In this document: in pieces, positions 1-9,267 of the stretch
Position numbering within the stretch: the stretch's first letter is position 1
Layout of the letters: the number at the start of each line of letters is the position of its first letter
Assembly (NCBI GenBank): GCA_050287085.1
Contig: JBNKBE010000031.1
Coordinates: forward strand, 1-55,938
Direction: 5' to 3'
DNA length: 55,938 nucleotides
DNA from: Polyangiaceae bacterium
GTDB lineage: Bacteria > Myxococcota_A > Polyangia > Polyangiales > Polyangiaceae
Position numbers and translations under genes: made by a program
The notes under the pieces: generated by a model
Database searches by the model: none
Seen by the model: only the letters and a program-made list of their open reading frames with translations
What the model was told of the DNA's origin: nothing

Positions 1-959
1 CGGGCCCGCGGCAACACGGTGCTGATGTGATGTTTCGTCGCGGCCGATCCCGCACAGGCCACGGTGGTGACCCAACGCTCGAGTCCACGAAGACACTCGA
101 CGCCTCTGGACGTCGCAACCACCACCAGATTGCGCCCCGCAGGCGGGAGCAGCACCTGCTCGGGTTCGCGTTGCAACGCAACCCACCCCCCTCCCGCGTC
201 AAAGGTGCGGTCGGCTACGCAGTGGGCTACCTCCGCAAACCAGCGAAGCGCCGCAGGGTCTTGCGCCCGTCCGCGCGGAACACGCTCACAACTGGCCGCC
301 AAGGCACCCGCCAACTCCCGGGCTACGACCTCGCCCTCTGCGGGTGGAGCCACCAGAACAACTCGCGGACTCAAGCACCCGTTCTGCTCAAAGAGCACCA
401 CGTCGCGAACGATACCGTCGAGACAATCAGCATCATAAGCCTCCAGGTACACAACTCCGAAGCCATGGCCGTGTGGCCAGTAGTGGACGCCCGCCGGCAG
501 CTGGCGGGCGATCTTCTCCAGCGTTCCGTCGCTGCCATAAGCGTGAACTTGTTCACCTGGAGCAGGCGTTATCGCCTCGACGAAAGAAAACATCGTAGGG
601 ACCAGCTGGTGTAGCGCCCGCGCCAGAGTTCCTCCCCGACGCGAAACGCGAATCCGCACGTCGCTGCTGGCAGCGAGTCCTAGGGCAATGGCACGCAATT
701 CGGCCACGAAGACATTGCCTGAGAGCACCACCCAAACCCGCGACGAAGGGGTCACGCTAGCGACGAACTGCTGCACCTGAGATGGCTCTGCGTAGGCTTC
801 CAAGCTGCCCGACAGAGCGAGCTCCACACCGGCTTCTGACAGCTCACCCTGTGCCACTAGCTCGCGGCGCAGTGTGCGGCCGAGCTCCCCCGCAGGATGA
901 CTCAGCCCTTGCGCAGCCGCTAGCAGTCGCTGGACTCGCTCGATCGCGGCCGACTTCAT
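1..959 (-). CDS. LuxC-like acyl-CoA/acyl-protein reductase (3'-truncated by window edge)
   Basis: Not in the ORF track because it has no stop in the window. Manual translation from ATG 959, which overlaps the LuxE-like stop as ATGA: MKSAAIERVQRLL...VWVVLSGNVFVAELRAIALGL...VHAYGSDGTLEKI...WPHGHGFG...RDVVLFEQNGCLSPRVV. GN, AYGSD, HGxxxG and QxGCLSP (catalytic Cys, codon 375-377) match the LuxC/ALDH-like reductase pattern. Confidence 0.8.
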   Translation of the reverse strand, partial: MKSAAIERVQRLLAAAQGLSHPAGELGRTLRRELVAQGELSEAGVELALSGSLEAYAEPSQVQQFVASVTPSSRVWVVLSGNVFVAELRAIALGLAASSDVRIRVSRRGGTLARALHQLVPTMFSFVEAITPAPGEQVHAYGSDGTLEKIARQLPAGVHYWPHGHGFGVVYLEAYDADCLDGIVRDVVLFEQNGCLSPRVVLVAPPAEGEVVARELAGALAASCERVPRGRAQDPAALRWFAEVAHCVADRTFDAGGGWVALQREPEQVLLPPAGRNLVVVATSRGVECLRGLERWVTTVACAGSAATKHHISTVLPRA

Positions 960-2074
960 GCGCGCCCCGCCGCGAAAAGTGCTTCGGTGCTCAACGAGCA
1001 GCCGCGAAGCGGCGCACTCGGCGCCCGTCCCAACAGCTTGAGCCCTCCGGCGGTCTGAACGATGCGGTCCTGGGTCAAGACGCGAACCGCGGAGTCGACG
1101 TTGGCCAAGTCGACGAAGGAGGCGAGCCCGGGGGTCCCTGGCGCCACCGGCTGAAGCGACACGGGATCAACTGCGACTACCCGAAGCCACGGCGGTGCTC
1201 GATAGAGGAGGTCCGAGTCGTCGCCGGGAAGCTGATAGAGCTGACTGCTGAGCTCTGTCATGCCGTACTCGAAGCAGATCTCCGGCTCCCCCAAAGCTAT
1301 TCGAAGCGCGGCCCGTAGCTGCTCCACATCGAGCTCTCGAGTCCTGCCCTTATAGCCTCCCGTTGGCATCACCACGCTCCCGGGAGGGAGTCGAAGCGTC
1401 GTACCAGCAAGCGCGTCGAGCAGGTAAACGGCGGCAAATGCGGTCGTCAATAGCAGCACCGGTCGTCCCTCTTGCCACGCACAGCTGACCACCGACCTGA
1501 AACGAGCAAGATCGACCCCGGCCTCGCTCAAACACCAATGCTCGGGGGCTTGGGGCGCGCCGTATTCCCGCATGAACAACTGACACATGAAGGCCAAACT
1601 CGACGCTCGTGCGGGGTGAAAAGGTGGCATCAGGGCCACGACCGTCATTGCCGTGTTGTTCGTTCGGGACCGAAGAAGCCCCCTTTCCGCTCCCAGCACC
1701 GCCAGTTCTTGATAGGTCCTGGTGTCACGCAGCCAGTGTCGCCCGGTCAGCGCCTGCGTCGTACCACTAGTCTGGAAACAAACGTCGGCTAGCGCCACGT
1801 CGAAGCAGAACTGCCGCCCGTAGCGAAACACGTCCACGGGCACCGCAGGAATATCCCCAAGCTCGCGCAGAGCACCGCCATGCGCTGCCACCAGCCGGGC
1901 AAAGCCCGGAATGCATTCTCGTTGGAAGCGGGCGATATCCAGCGCCAGGCACTCAGCCTCCGGCTCAAAGGGCGCTCCAAGCGATGGCATGGACGCGCTG
2001 ACCCGATGTGCGAACGACCGGACGCGCTGATGCAATTGCCGCGAGCGTGCCAGCCGCTCATCGATTTCCGGCAT
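956..2074 (-). CDS. LuxE-like acyl-protein synthetase
   Basis: Motifs FQTSGTT, TGGYKGR, EYGMTELSSQLY, DLANVDS, LGRA..RGCS. Start moved to ATG 2074 (MPEIDERL), which has a GGAGG RBS upstream. Confidence 0.85.
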   Translation of the reverse strand: MPEIDERLARSRQLHQRVRSFAHRVSASMPSLGAPFEPEAECLALDIARFQRECIPGFARLVAAHGGALRELGDIPAVPVDVFRYGRQFCFDVALADVCFQTSGTTQALTGRHWLRDTRTYQELAVLGAERGLLRSRTNNTAMTVVALMPPFHPARASSLAFMCQLFMREYGAPQAPEHWCLSEAGVDLARFRSVVSCAWQEGRPVLLLTTAFAAVYLLDALAGTTLRLPPGSVVMPTGGYKGRTRELDVEQLRAALRIALGEPEICFEYGMTELSSQLYQLPGDDSDLLYRAPPWLRVVAVDPVSLQPVAPGTPGLASFVDLANVDSAVRVLTQDRIVQTAGGLKLLGRAPSAPLRGCSLSTEALFAAGRA

Positions 2075-2090
2075 AGCCACCACCTCCAAC

Positions 2091-3398
2091 TCAATCCGCC
2101 ACTGGGCTTGCCTGAAGAACGGCAGGCGCGACCTCAGCCACCACGTCGCAAAACGCGTCGAGTAGTGCACGCTCAACGATGAGCGGAGGGGTAAGAACCA
2201 ACACGTCGCGCCCGCCCCCGCCGGTCGAAGTGATGAACCCGCGCTCCAGGAGCGCCCCCATAGCCCGACTGGCGGCGCCGGGGCGTGCCCCAAAGTCGAT
2301 CGCCAGCATGAGTCCATGGCCGCGAACCTCAACCCCAAGAGGCGTGAGCACCTCCACCAGACGTCGCTTCCAATACGTCCCGATTTCACGGCTTCGGTCG
2401 ATGAGCTCGAGTTCTTCCAACGCGCGCAAGGTGGCAATAGCGGTGGCGCAAGCCAACGGGGCACCCGCAAACGTGGACGTGTGGACCACCTCTCGTTCCT
2501 GACTCCACGCAGCCATGACCTCTGCCCGCGCCATGGCGGCGCTGACGGGCAAACCTCCCCCGAGGCCTTTGCCAAAGGTAACGATGTCCGGCGCCGCGCC
2601 ACACGCGAGGGCGTAGGAAAACTCACCCGACCTCCCAAGCCCGGTCCAGATCTCGTCAGCGATGACCAGGGCGCCGGCTTCGCGAGCCAGCTCCATGGCT
2701 CGAACCAACACCTCGCGGGCGATCGGACGGACCCCGCCACGACCCAGGACCGGCTCGATCAGCAGTGCGCCCACGTCCCCCCTTGCCAATGCCTGACCCA
2801 AGACGTCCAGTTCCACCTCCGACGAAAGGAAAGGAACCCAACGCACATGAGGATTGAGATGTGATGCAAAGGGCGTCCGGTAGCTCCCTCGCAGACCGCA
2901 GGCAGCAAGAGGACCATACGACAGACCATGGTATGCCCCCTCGACCGCGATCACGGCAGGCTTGCCGGTATACAACAGCGCCGTCTTCAGCGCTGCGGTC
3001 ACGGCGTCAGCGCCACTTTGCCCGAGGATCCCCTGGTGCGGCGCCGCGGGGAAACGCGCCGTGAGCTGCTCCAACAACGCGATACGCGCATCGGATGCGA
3101 ATAGGTCGCCCATCGACTGCAGCAAGCGCTCGCTCTGTACCGCCAGGCTTCTGACAACGACGGGATGACTATGTCCAAGCAACAACGACCCGAAGCCGGC
3201 GGCCAGATCGACAAAGCGATTGCCATCGACATCCCACACGTTGCAGCCGCTGGCCCGTGCGAACACGATGCTAGGTACTCCTCGACTACCCGCGCTCACT
3301 CGGGGTCCCATCGGCGCACTACACCGTCGCGCCTTGCTGAGCCAGGTACGCGAATTGTCACCCGGTAGGCGACTGACAACATGCGGCAGCTGTTGCAT
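2091..3398 (-). CDS. Class III PLP-dependent aminotransferase (ArgD/GabT-like)
   Basis: DVDGNRFVDLAAGFGSLLLGH, AYHG, IADEIWTGLGRSG, PDIVTFGKGLGGG (PLP Lys), STFAG. Start taken as ATG 3398. Confidence 0.9.
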   Translation of the reverse strand: MQQLPHVVSRLPGDNSRTWLSKARRCSAPMGPRVSAGSRGVPSIVFARASGCNVWDVDGNRFVDLAAGFGSLLLGHSHPVVVRSLAVQSERLLQSMGDLFASDARIALLEQLTARFPAAPHQGILGQSGADAVTAALKTALLYTGKPAVIAVEGAYHGLSYGPLAACGLRGSYRTPFASHLNPHVRWVPFLSSEVELDVLGQALARGDVGALLIEPVLGRGGVRPIAREVLVRAMELAREAGALVIADEIWTGLGRSGEFSYALACGAAPDIVTFGKGLGGGLPVSAAMARAEVMAAWSQEREVVHTSTFAGAPLACATAIATLRALEELELIDRSREIGTYWKRRLVEVLTPLGVEVRGHGLMLAIDFGARPGAASRAMGALLERGFITSTGGGGRDVLVLTPPLIVERALLDAFCDVVAEVAPAVLQASPVAD

Positions 3399-3788
3399 TG
3401 CACTTCGCTTGCCACAAAGGGCAACGCCCGCCAAGCCCGTTGCACGGCGCTCATCATAGGACTGGCAGCGGGCCCGACCCCCACCTTGATGGACAGTCGG
3501 TCCGGCACTTACCCGACCGGGTTGAGCCAAGTCCCAAATCCCGGTCCCGACTAAACCGTTGCCTTCGCTGCCCGCACGCAGTCATCCCCAAAGCGGTACT
3601 GCAACCGGCCCCCCGAAACCGAACCCCTCCCACCGGCCGAACCCAAAGCGCGGCGAGCGAGCAAGCGCCCTCCCCGCTCCTCCGCTCAAAGCTTGGGCCG
3701 ACCCAATGCGATGCATTTTTGCCAAGGTTCCAATGAAACCGCCTGGGGCAAAACGGGCGCCGGCAAGCTCAAGTCTGCCAACGAAAGC

Positions 3789-4682
3789 TCAGCACACGCG
3801 ATTTCGTCCGCCGCGCTTCGCCTCATACAGACGGTCGTCAGCGCGCTGGATGAGCTCGACAGCGCCGTCGTCCGGCTGAAGCACCGCGCAGCCCATCGAG
3901 ATCGTCACGGGAATGCGCTCACCTTGGAACACGAACTCATGCTCCTCAACACGCTGTCGCACGCTCTCTGCCAGAGCCTGAGAGCCCGAAAGCGTGGTCT
4001 CGGGGAGAACTATCGTGAACTCTTCGCCGCCGTAGCGTGCGAAGATCTCGTCGCGCCGGATGCGGGTTTTCACCGTGTCGGCGAGCTCTCGCAGAACGTA
4101 GTCGCCCGCCAGATGACCAAAGTGGTCATTGATACGCTTGAAAAAGTCGATATCAAACATCAACGCTGCCAGCGGTCTTTCGTGACGGCGAGCTCGCGTG
4201 ATCTCCCGGTCTAGCTCGTCAAATAGGAAGCGCTTGTTGTTTATCTGCGTCAGACCATCGACAATGGTCATGCGATAGATTTCTTCGTAGTACTTGGCTT
4301 CCGCGTCGGCGCCCGACAAGTACTTGAGAATTGTTGGGCCGATCTTGATCCGGTCGCCGTTGCGCAACTCGACGGGTTCGTGGATCTGCTCTTCGTTGAT
4401 GTAGGTGCCGTTGGTGGAATGCGCGTCGACCACAACCCATGCACTGGAGCGACGCTCGAAATAGGCGTGACTGCGAGACACCGAGTCACCTTCGAGCACG
4501 ATATGGCTATCGGCCCCACGCCCCACACACACCCGCGGTTGATCCAGAATGAATCGCTTTCCGAGCAGGTTGTCTTCCTTGGAATAGATCACCACCAGGC
4601 AGTCGTTCTCCGAAGACGGCTCGGGCGGCGCGGGCTGGTTAACGGTGGTAACCCGCGTCTTTTCGTCGTCGAAGTCGTTCAC
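3789..4682 (-). CDS. FHA-domain diguanylate cyclase (FHA-GGDEF)
   Basis: FHA motifs VGR, SVSRSHA, STNGT. GGDEF motifs DGLTQINN, DIDFFKRINDHFGHLAGD, RYGGEEF, LYEAKRGGRN. Confidence 0.92.
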   Translation of the reverse strand: MNDFDDEKTRVTTVNQPAPPEPSSENDCLVVIYSKEDNLLGKRFILDQPRVCVGRGADSHIVLEGDSVSRSHAYFERRSSAWVVVDAHSTNGTYINEEQIHEPVELRNGDRIKIGPTILKYLSGADAEAKYYEEIYRMTIVDGLTQINNKRFLFDELDREITRARRHERPLAALMFDIDFFKRINDHFGHLAGDYVLRELADTVKTRIRRDEIFARYGGEEFTIVLPETTLSGSQALAESVRQRVEEHEFVFQGERIPVTISMGCAVLQPDDGAVELIQRADDRLYEAKRGGRNRVC

Positions 4683-4707
4683 GCTGGGCTCCGGCTTCGC
4701 GCCCCGA

Positions 4708-4755
4708 CCACATCAGACGCAGCCACGTCAGACGCGGCCACGTCAGACGCAGCCA
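4708..4755. repeat. 15-bp tandem repeat, about 3 copies (ccacRtcagacgcRg)
   Basis: ccacatcagacgcag-ccacgtcagacgcgg-ccacgtcagacgcag-cca, just upstream of the FHA-GGDEF start. Confidence 0.85.
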
Positions 4756-5194
4756 TCCGACTCACGAAGGCGGCGTGCGACGGGCTGGCCCAGGGATTCA
4801 ATACTTGCGAAGATGGATTCATCGAGAGTGCCGCTGAGCTGGGCAGACTGACTCCGGCTTCCCTCGGCCAATCCCTCCTAACCCTTCGTAAGCGCACAAA
4901 AGCGTAGACCTCGCCTGCGGAGGCCGTCAAGGCGACAAAGGGCAGCGCCCTGCTTCGAGCGTCTCACTTCTCCTTTTTGAAGCAGTGGCGACCGCAGGGT
5001 AATCCCGGACGATGGGCCCGCCACCTTCGTGCCCACATGCACACACTCGCCGTGTGCGCGCGTCAACCACGCGCGCCACCTACGAGCACTCGAGGACGAC
5101 GCGACCCTAACTCCACGTGGCCTCCGCCATGGGCCAGCCGCCAGACTCCGCTCGAGGGTCGTCGTCCGCTCCGACTCGTCGCCCTCGACCGAAG

Positions 5195-7105
5195 TCATTC
5201 GAGCGGAACGTCAATACCGCTGATGCGCATCAACCGAAGGGCATTGCCGCTCTGGACCGGCCCAGGATGAAGTCGGTAGTCAAAGGTCATCGCGTCGCCG
5301 ACGACCGTCTCGCGCAAATGCACCTGTCTTACGCGAGGGGTAAGTTCAGCGGACAATTCGCAAAGGCCACTGTCGTGAGTCGACACCGCCCCCAACGCCC
5401 CCGCTCGGACCAGTTGGGCCAATACCCATCGTGCCCCGATCTGGCGCTCTCGCGAATTGGTTCCGTGGAGAATCTCATCCAAGAGGAAAAAGACCGGCAC
5501 ATCACCTTGGAGTGAGTCCAGCACCGCCTTCAACTTCTGCACCTCGGCATAGAAGTGGCTAACGCCGGCTTCGAGCGAATCGCTGATGCGCATACTGGAC
5601 CTGAGCGCAACGGGCGACATTCGCAGGCTCGTGGCGCACACCGGGCCACCCGCCAAAGCGAGCGCGATATTCGTCCCCATCGCGCGCAGCAACGTGCTCT
5701 TGCCAGACATATTCGACCCAGTGACGAGCAGCGCCGTGACCTGACCGCCAAGCGACACGTCGTTGCTGACGCGGTGCTCAGCCGCGATCAAAGGATGCCC
5801 TAGACCGACAGCCTCGAAGGCGGCCGGTTCCGAAACCAGCTCGGGCCAACAATACTCCGGATTGTCGTCGGCGAGCCCGGCCAATGATGACAATGCCTCG
5901 AGCTCCCCCAATGCGTGAAACCATCCTCGCAACTGTTTGCCAGCACGTCGCTGCCAGGCTTCGAGCCGAAGAATGCAGTGCACATCCCACAGCAACAACG
6001 CGTTGATGAAAGGATAGACCATGCCGTTGTGGCGAAGATCGAAGTATCCGACGATGCGCTCGAAGTCGCGCATCACCCGACTGGGAGGGGCGCCCTCTAT
6101 GCTGCAGAGCGCCCGCTTGAGCTCCGCCAGCCGCGTTGCTTCAACGGGCAGCTGCTCCACCAAATGAAGCATGGGGCCGAAGCGTAGAAAGGCTCCGCGA
6201 GAGCCAGAGACCGCTGCGAACACGGCCCCCACATGCGGGCGGGCCGTGAGCAACACGATCGCCGATAGAACAACCGGCAGCAGCCAGACTACCGGATGCA
6301 GCTGAAGCACCCACGCCGACACGGCAGCGACGCACGTCAGACTGGGGAGTAGCCACGCAGCGAGCACCAGTGGTCGGTTGGTCATGAACTGCACATCCGA
6401 CTCCGCCCAAGCGAGCAGCCCATCGAGGTCCGGAGCTTTGCTGGTGCTGCGTTTCGGCCGAACGGCCACGGCCCTCTCTCCGCCGGGCAGCGGCGGCACG
6501 TCCGTCCAGGCCAGCGCCTCGAGCTCTTGGCGGAATTGTAGCTTCGGGGCAAGCTCGCGCGCCGCAACCTGCCGCTCAGTCGCGACCGGCAGGTCAGCGC
6601 GGTTCATCAGAAATGACGCCAGACGAGCCCGACCGAAGCTGGTGCGCGCCATGCTGACGCGCTGAAACAGCGAGCCCCCACCGAATAGATCGAGATCGCC
6701 GGCGTAGGGATGCACCGGATTGCTGAAGGTTGCCCCGTCGTCGCTCAGCTTCTTCCACTCGCCGCGGGCACGATAGAGCGCCTCGCGATTGACGGCGACC
6801 CAGCGAAGAGCCAGATCTTCATCCCGAATGACGCGAGCGTGGCGCCAAACGAAGTAGGCAAAGAAACAAGCGGCAAGCGCTCCCGCAGTCCCCACCCACA
6901 GTCCACCCGAGCCGAAAATGGCCCAGACCCCGGCGATCGCAGCAATCCCGAAGCTTGCGCCGCGCAGATTCGAGACCCGCGCTGAGCGCGCCGCAAGCTC
7001 TTCGGCGTTGCGGGTGAACTCACGCAGGCGCTCGCGATAGAACTTCGCTCGTGGTGAATCCGATGTTTCCGCTGCAACCTGAGAAGGTGATGTGTCCCCT
7101 CCCAT
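5195..7105 (-). CDS. Membrane-anchored MutS-like ATPase (MutS domain V)
   Basis: N-terminal hydrophobic helices, DLDLFGGGSLFQ, GHPLI, TGSNMSGKSTLLR (Walker A), SHFYAE, LLDEILHGTNS, VSTHD, SGNALRLM. No mismatch-recognition domain is evident. Confidence 0.88.
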   Translation of the reverse strand: MGGDTSPSQVAAETSDSPRAKFYRERLREFTRNAEELAARSARVSNLRGASFGIAAIAGVWAIFGSGGLWVGTAGALAACFFAYFVWRHARVIRDEDLALRWVAVNREALYRARGEWKKLSDDGATFSNPVHPYAGDLDLFGGGSLFQRVSMARTSFGRARLASFLMNRADLPVATERQVAARELAPKLQFRQELEALAWTDVPPLPGGERAVAVRPKRSTSKAPDLDGLLAWAESDVQFMTNRPLVLAAWLLPSLTCVAAVSAWVLQLHPVVWLLPVVLSAIVLLTARPHVGAVFAAVSGSRGAFLRFGPMLHLVEQLPVEATRLAELKRALCSIEGAPPSRVMRDFERIVGYFDLRHNGMVYPFINALLLWDVHCILRLEAWQRRAGKQLRGWFHALGELEALSSLAGLADDNPEYCWPELVSEPAAFEAVGLGHPLIAAEHRVSNDVSLGGQVTALLVTGSNMSGKSTLLRAMGTNIALALAGGPVCATSLRMSPVALRSSMRISDSLEAGVSHFYAEVQKLKAVLDSLQGDVPVFFLLDEILHGTNSRERQIGARWVLAQLVRAGALGAVSTHDSGLCELSAELTPRVRQVHLRETVVGDAMTFDYRLHPGPVQSGNALRLMRISGIDVPLE

Positions 7106-7713
7106 TAGCGCTTCTGCTTCAGTTCAATAGGCATCTCCGCGCCCACGATGGGGGCGGCGGGGTAGCCCACATATCTGCGGTCCACAACGTCGGCGATGCA
7201 CGTGGCGGCTGCCTTGGAAACGCCTTCATGGGACTTGACCGCAACGCCCTCCGCGCGACCTCGCTCCCGAACCAGAAAACGAACAACCACCTTGGCCTCG
7301 GTCGCGCTCAACCCGCCGTGCTTCTCGGCGCAGGCGACGTAGCGATCGGCCGCCGCCGCCAACTTGCGTTCGGCCAATGGCAGCTCTCCCGTATCCGCTT
7401 TGACCGGGCCAACACCCTTGAAAGCCACCGGCAGCGCGGCCATGTCCTTCGCCGGCTCACCTCCGCTCGGAACAGGCGCTGCACCGTCGCCGGCTACTCC
7501 GTTGAGCAATAGGCTTGCCTCGCGCGGCGCCAGACACCGAATGAGCATGCCGTGGCCATCCGCAATACGTCCCCACGGACACACCGGGTCAAAGGGATAA
7601 CGCTCGCCCGGTTCCGTAGCGGGTTTTTCCCCCGCCAGCGCCTGGGCCATCACGACAAGTCCGACGAGGATGAAAACGCCTGCCCACAAGCTAAACCTAT
7701 CTCGCGATCGCAT
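7105..7713 (-). CDS. Exported protein with C-terminal AgmX/PglI (TonB-C-like) domain
   Basis: Signal/TM segment, Cys pair (PVCPWGR..IRCL), Pro/Ala linker, then YVACAEK..VVVRFLVRERGRAEGV..AATCIADVV..MPIEL, resembling myxobacterial TonB-C-like domains. Stop overlaps the MutS-like start (TAATG). Confidence 0.55.
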   Translation of the reverse strand: MRSRDRFSLWAGVFILVGLVVMAQALAGEKPATEPGERYPFDPVCPWGRIADGHGMLIRCLAPREASLLLNGVAGDGAAPVPSGGEPAKDMAALPVAFKGVGPVKADTGELPLAERKLAAAADRYVACAEKHGGLSATEAKVVVRFLVRERGRAEGVAVKSHEGVSKAAATCIADVVDRRYVGYPAAPIVGAEMPIELKQKR

Positions 7714-7858
7714 CGGGCCGATTCTGGCTAGGGTTGTCCAAAAAGCAAGGGGCACCCCCGCTAAAAGCTTCGCCGCAGTACGACGGTCCCGACGCGATGA
7801 CCTTACAGACCCGTGAGAGTCTGCTACACAGCGACGGCACGTGGGTAGGCAGCCAGCG

Positions 7859-9067
7859 ATGACGCATCCCTTGGAAGACACCAATCTCGTCGTGACGTTC
7901 CTGCAAAGCGTCGGCCGACCGCAGGATGCCTTCTTTTACCTCAAACTGTTCACGGAACTACCCAAGGAGAGCTTCGCGGTCGTGGTCCCGGAGCCGAGGG
8001 TACTCAAGCACATTGCGCTGACCGTGGCCGAGCCCCTGGCGTTCCTCGCCAAACTCGGGTTGCACGTCACGCTGGCCACCGGGTTTTGGGATGAACCGGA
8101 AAGCAGCGTCGACACGCCCCGAGCCATTCAGCAGGGCCTGGCCCCGCTTGGTTTGCGCGCAGCCGTGGTCGACCTGATGCATGATGATGCCGCTTCGCAG
8201 TGCACTCGGTGTGTCCGAGCAGGCATGACGGCAGTGGTGGACCTGCGCCATAGCCGCTCACAGCAGCCCGCCGCAGCGCTCGCGGAATTGACGCAACAGC
8301 TCGGAACGCGGAAGGTCGTGGTCCTGCGCTCGCGCGGGGGACTCGGACCTCACCGTTCCCAATTGCTGCGCCTCACCTCACACCACCAGTTGAACGCGAC
8401 CGCCAGCGGCATTTCGGTCGTTAGTTTGGCCACAGACTACGCGGCGCTACGCTTGCATCCTGCGTTGACGGAGGGTGAGACCCAGTTGCTCGACCGCCTC
8501 CGGGTCCTGCACCGAGACCAGCCCAAGCTCCTGACGAGCGTCACGTCTCCGCTCAATCTCTTCCAGGAGTTGTTCACGATCAAAGGAGCCGGCACGCTGG
8601 TGAAGACCGGCAGCGATATCTTGACGCTCAGCTCCTACCAAGAGGTCGACCGCCCCCGACTGCAGGCTCTGTTGGAGTCGACCTTCGATCGGGCCCTACG
8701 CCCAGCGTTCTTAGCCACCCCACCGCTGAGCCTCCACGTCGAGCGTGACTATCGCGGGGCAGCGATCGTCCACGAAGGTCTCGGTGCAAGCTACCTTACG
8801 AAATTTGCTGTAACTCGGGCAGCCCGCGGAGAAGGCATGGGACGCGACCTATGGGAGGCGCTTCATCCGGCCCATCCGGCCCTCTATTGGCGAGCGCGCG
8901 CCGACAACCCGATCTCAGCTTGGTATCGAACGCTCTGCGACGGCATGCAGCACACCGAAAAATGGATCGTGTTCTGGAGGGGGATCCCCACGGAACGATT
9001 GGCGACGATCATCGATGACGCTTGTGCTCGCGAAGAAGACTTCGAAACGGCCACTGCCTCCAGCTAG
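7859..9067 (+). CDS. N-acetylglutamate synthase/kinase-like protein (degenerate AAK domain + DUF619 NAT domain)
   Basis: N-terminal FLQSVG..FYLKLF, linker ELFTIKGAGTLV, C-terminal YLTKFAV..ARGEGMGRDLW..LYWRARADNPISAWY..CDG..WIVFWRG typical of the vertebrate-like/Xanthomonas NAGS-K NAT domain. Confidence 0.8.
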   Translation: MTHPLEDTNLVVTFLQSVGRPQDAFFYLKLFTELPKESFAVVVPEPRVLKHIALTVAEPLAFLAKLGLHVTLATGFWDEPESSVDTPRAIQQGLAPLGLRAAVVDLMHDDAASQCTRCVRAGMTAVVDLRHSRSQQPAAALAELTQQLGTRKVVVLRSRGGLGPHRSQLLRLTSHHQLNATASGISVVSLATDYAALRLHPALTEGETQLLDRLRVLHRDQPKLLTSVTSPLNLFQELFTIKGAGTLVKTGSDILTLSSYQEVDRPRLQALLESTFDRALRPAFLATPPLSLHVERDYRGAAIVHEGLGASYLTKFAVTRAARGEGMGRDLWEALHPAHPALYWRARADNPISAWYRTLCDGMQHTEKWIVFWRGIPTERLATIIDDACAREEDFETATASS

Positions 9068-9267
9068 CAGCCGCCGGCCGGACGATTTTCGCCCCGCGGG
9101 CCTCGCCCGCAGAGCTCCTGGCCGAGCCCTACGACAACACCTTTTTCCGTCTCGTTGGACAAGGGTCCGAAGGCCCGACCTCTCCGCGTCCCCGGCCCGA
9201 GTCGATCCTCAGCGACACCTCGAATGGGAGTTCGCGAATCACCAACTCTCATCTAGGCTCTCGCGCC

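Noticed and set aside
27..614. 195-aa plus-strand ORF
   Set aside because: Shadow of the minus-strand LuxC-like gene, which carries real motifs.
1..2074. Bioluminescence (lux) operon
   Set aside because: No luxA/luxB/luxD in the window and the gene order differs from luxCDABE; cannot be fully excluded beyond the left edge.
2075..2740. N-terminal extension of the 594-aa LuxE ORF
   Set aside because: Overlaps the aminotransferase in another frame; the RBS supports ATG 2074.
3399..3414. sigma54-like TGGCAAGCGAAGTGCA on the minus strand before the aminotransferase
   Set aside because: It abuts the ATG, so transcription would start inside the CDS; likely chance unless the true start is further downstream.
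4679..4930. Small ORF with AASDV repeats whose stop overlaps the FHA-GGDEF start
   Set aside because: The peptide repeat simply reflects the 15-bp DNA repeat; no RBS or family evidence.
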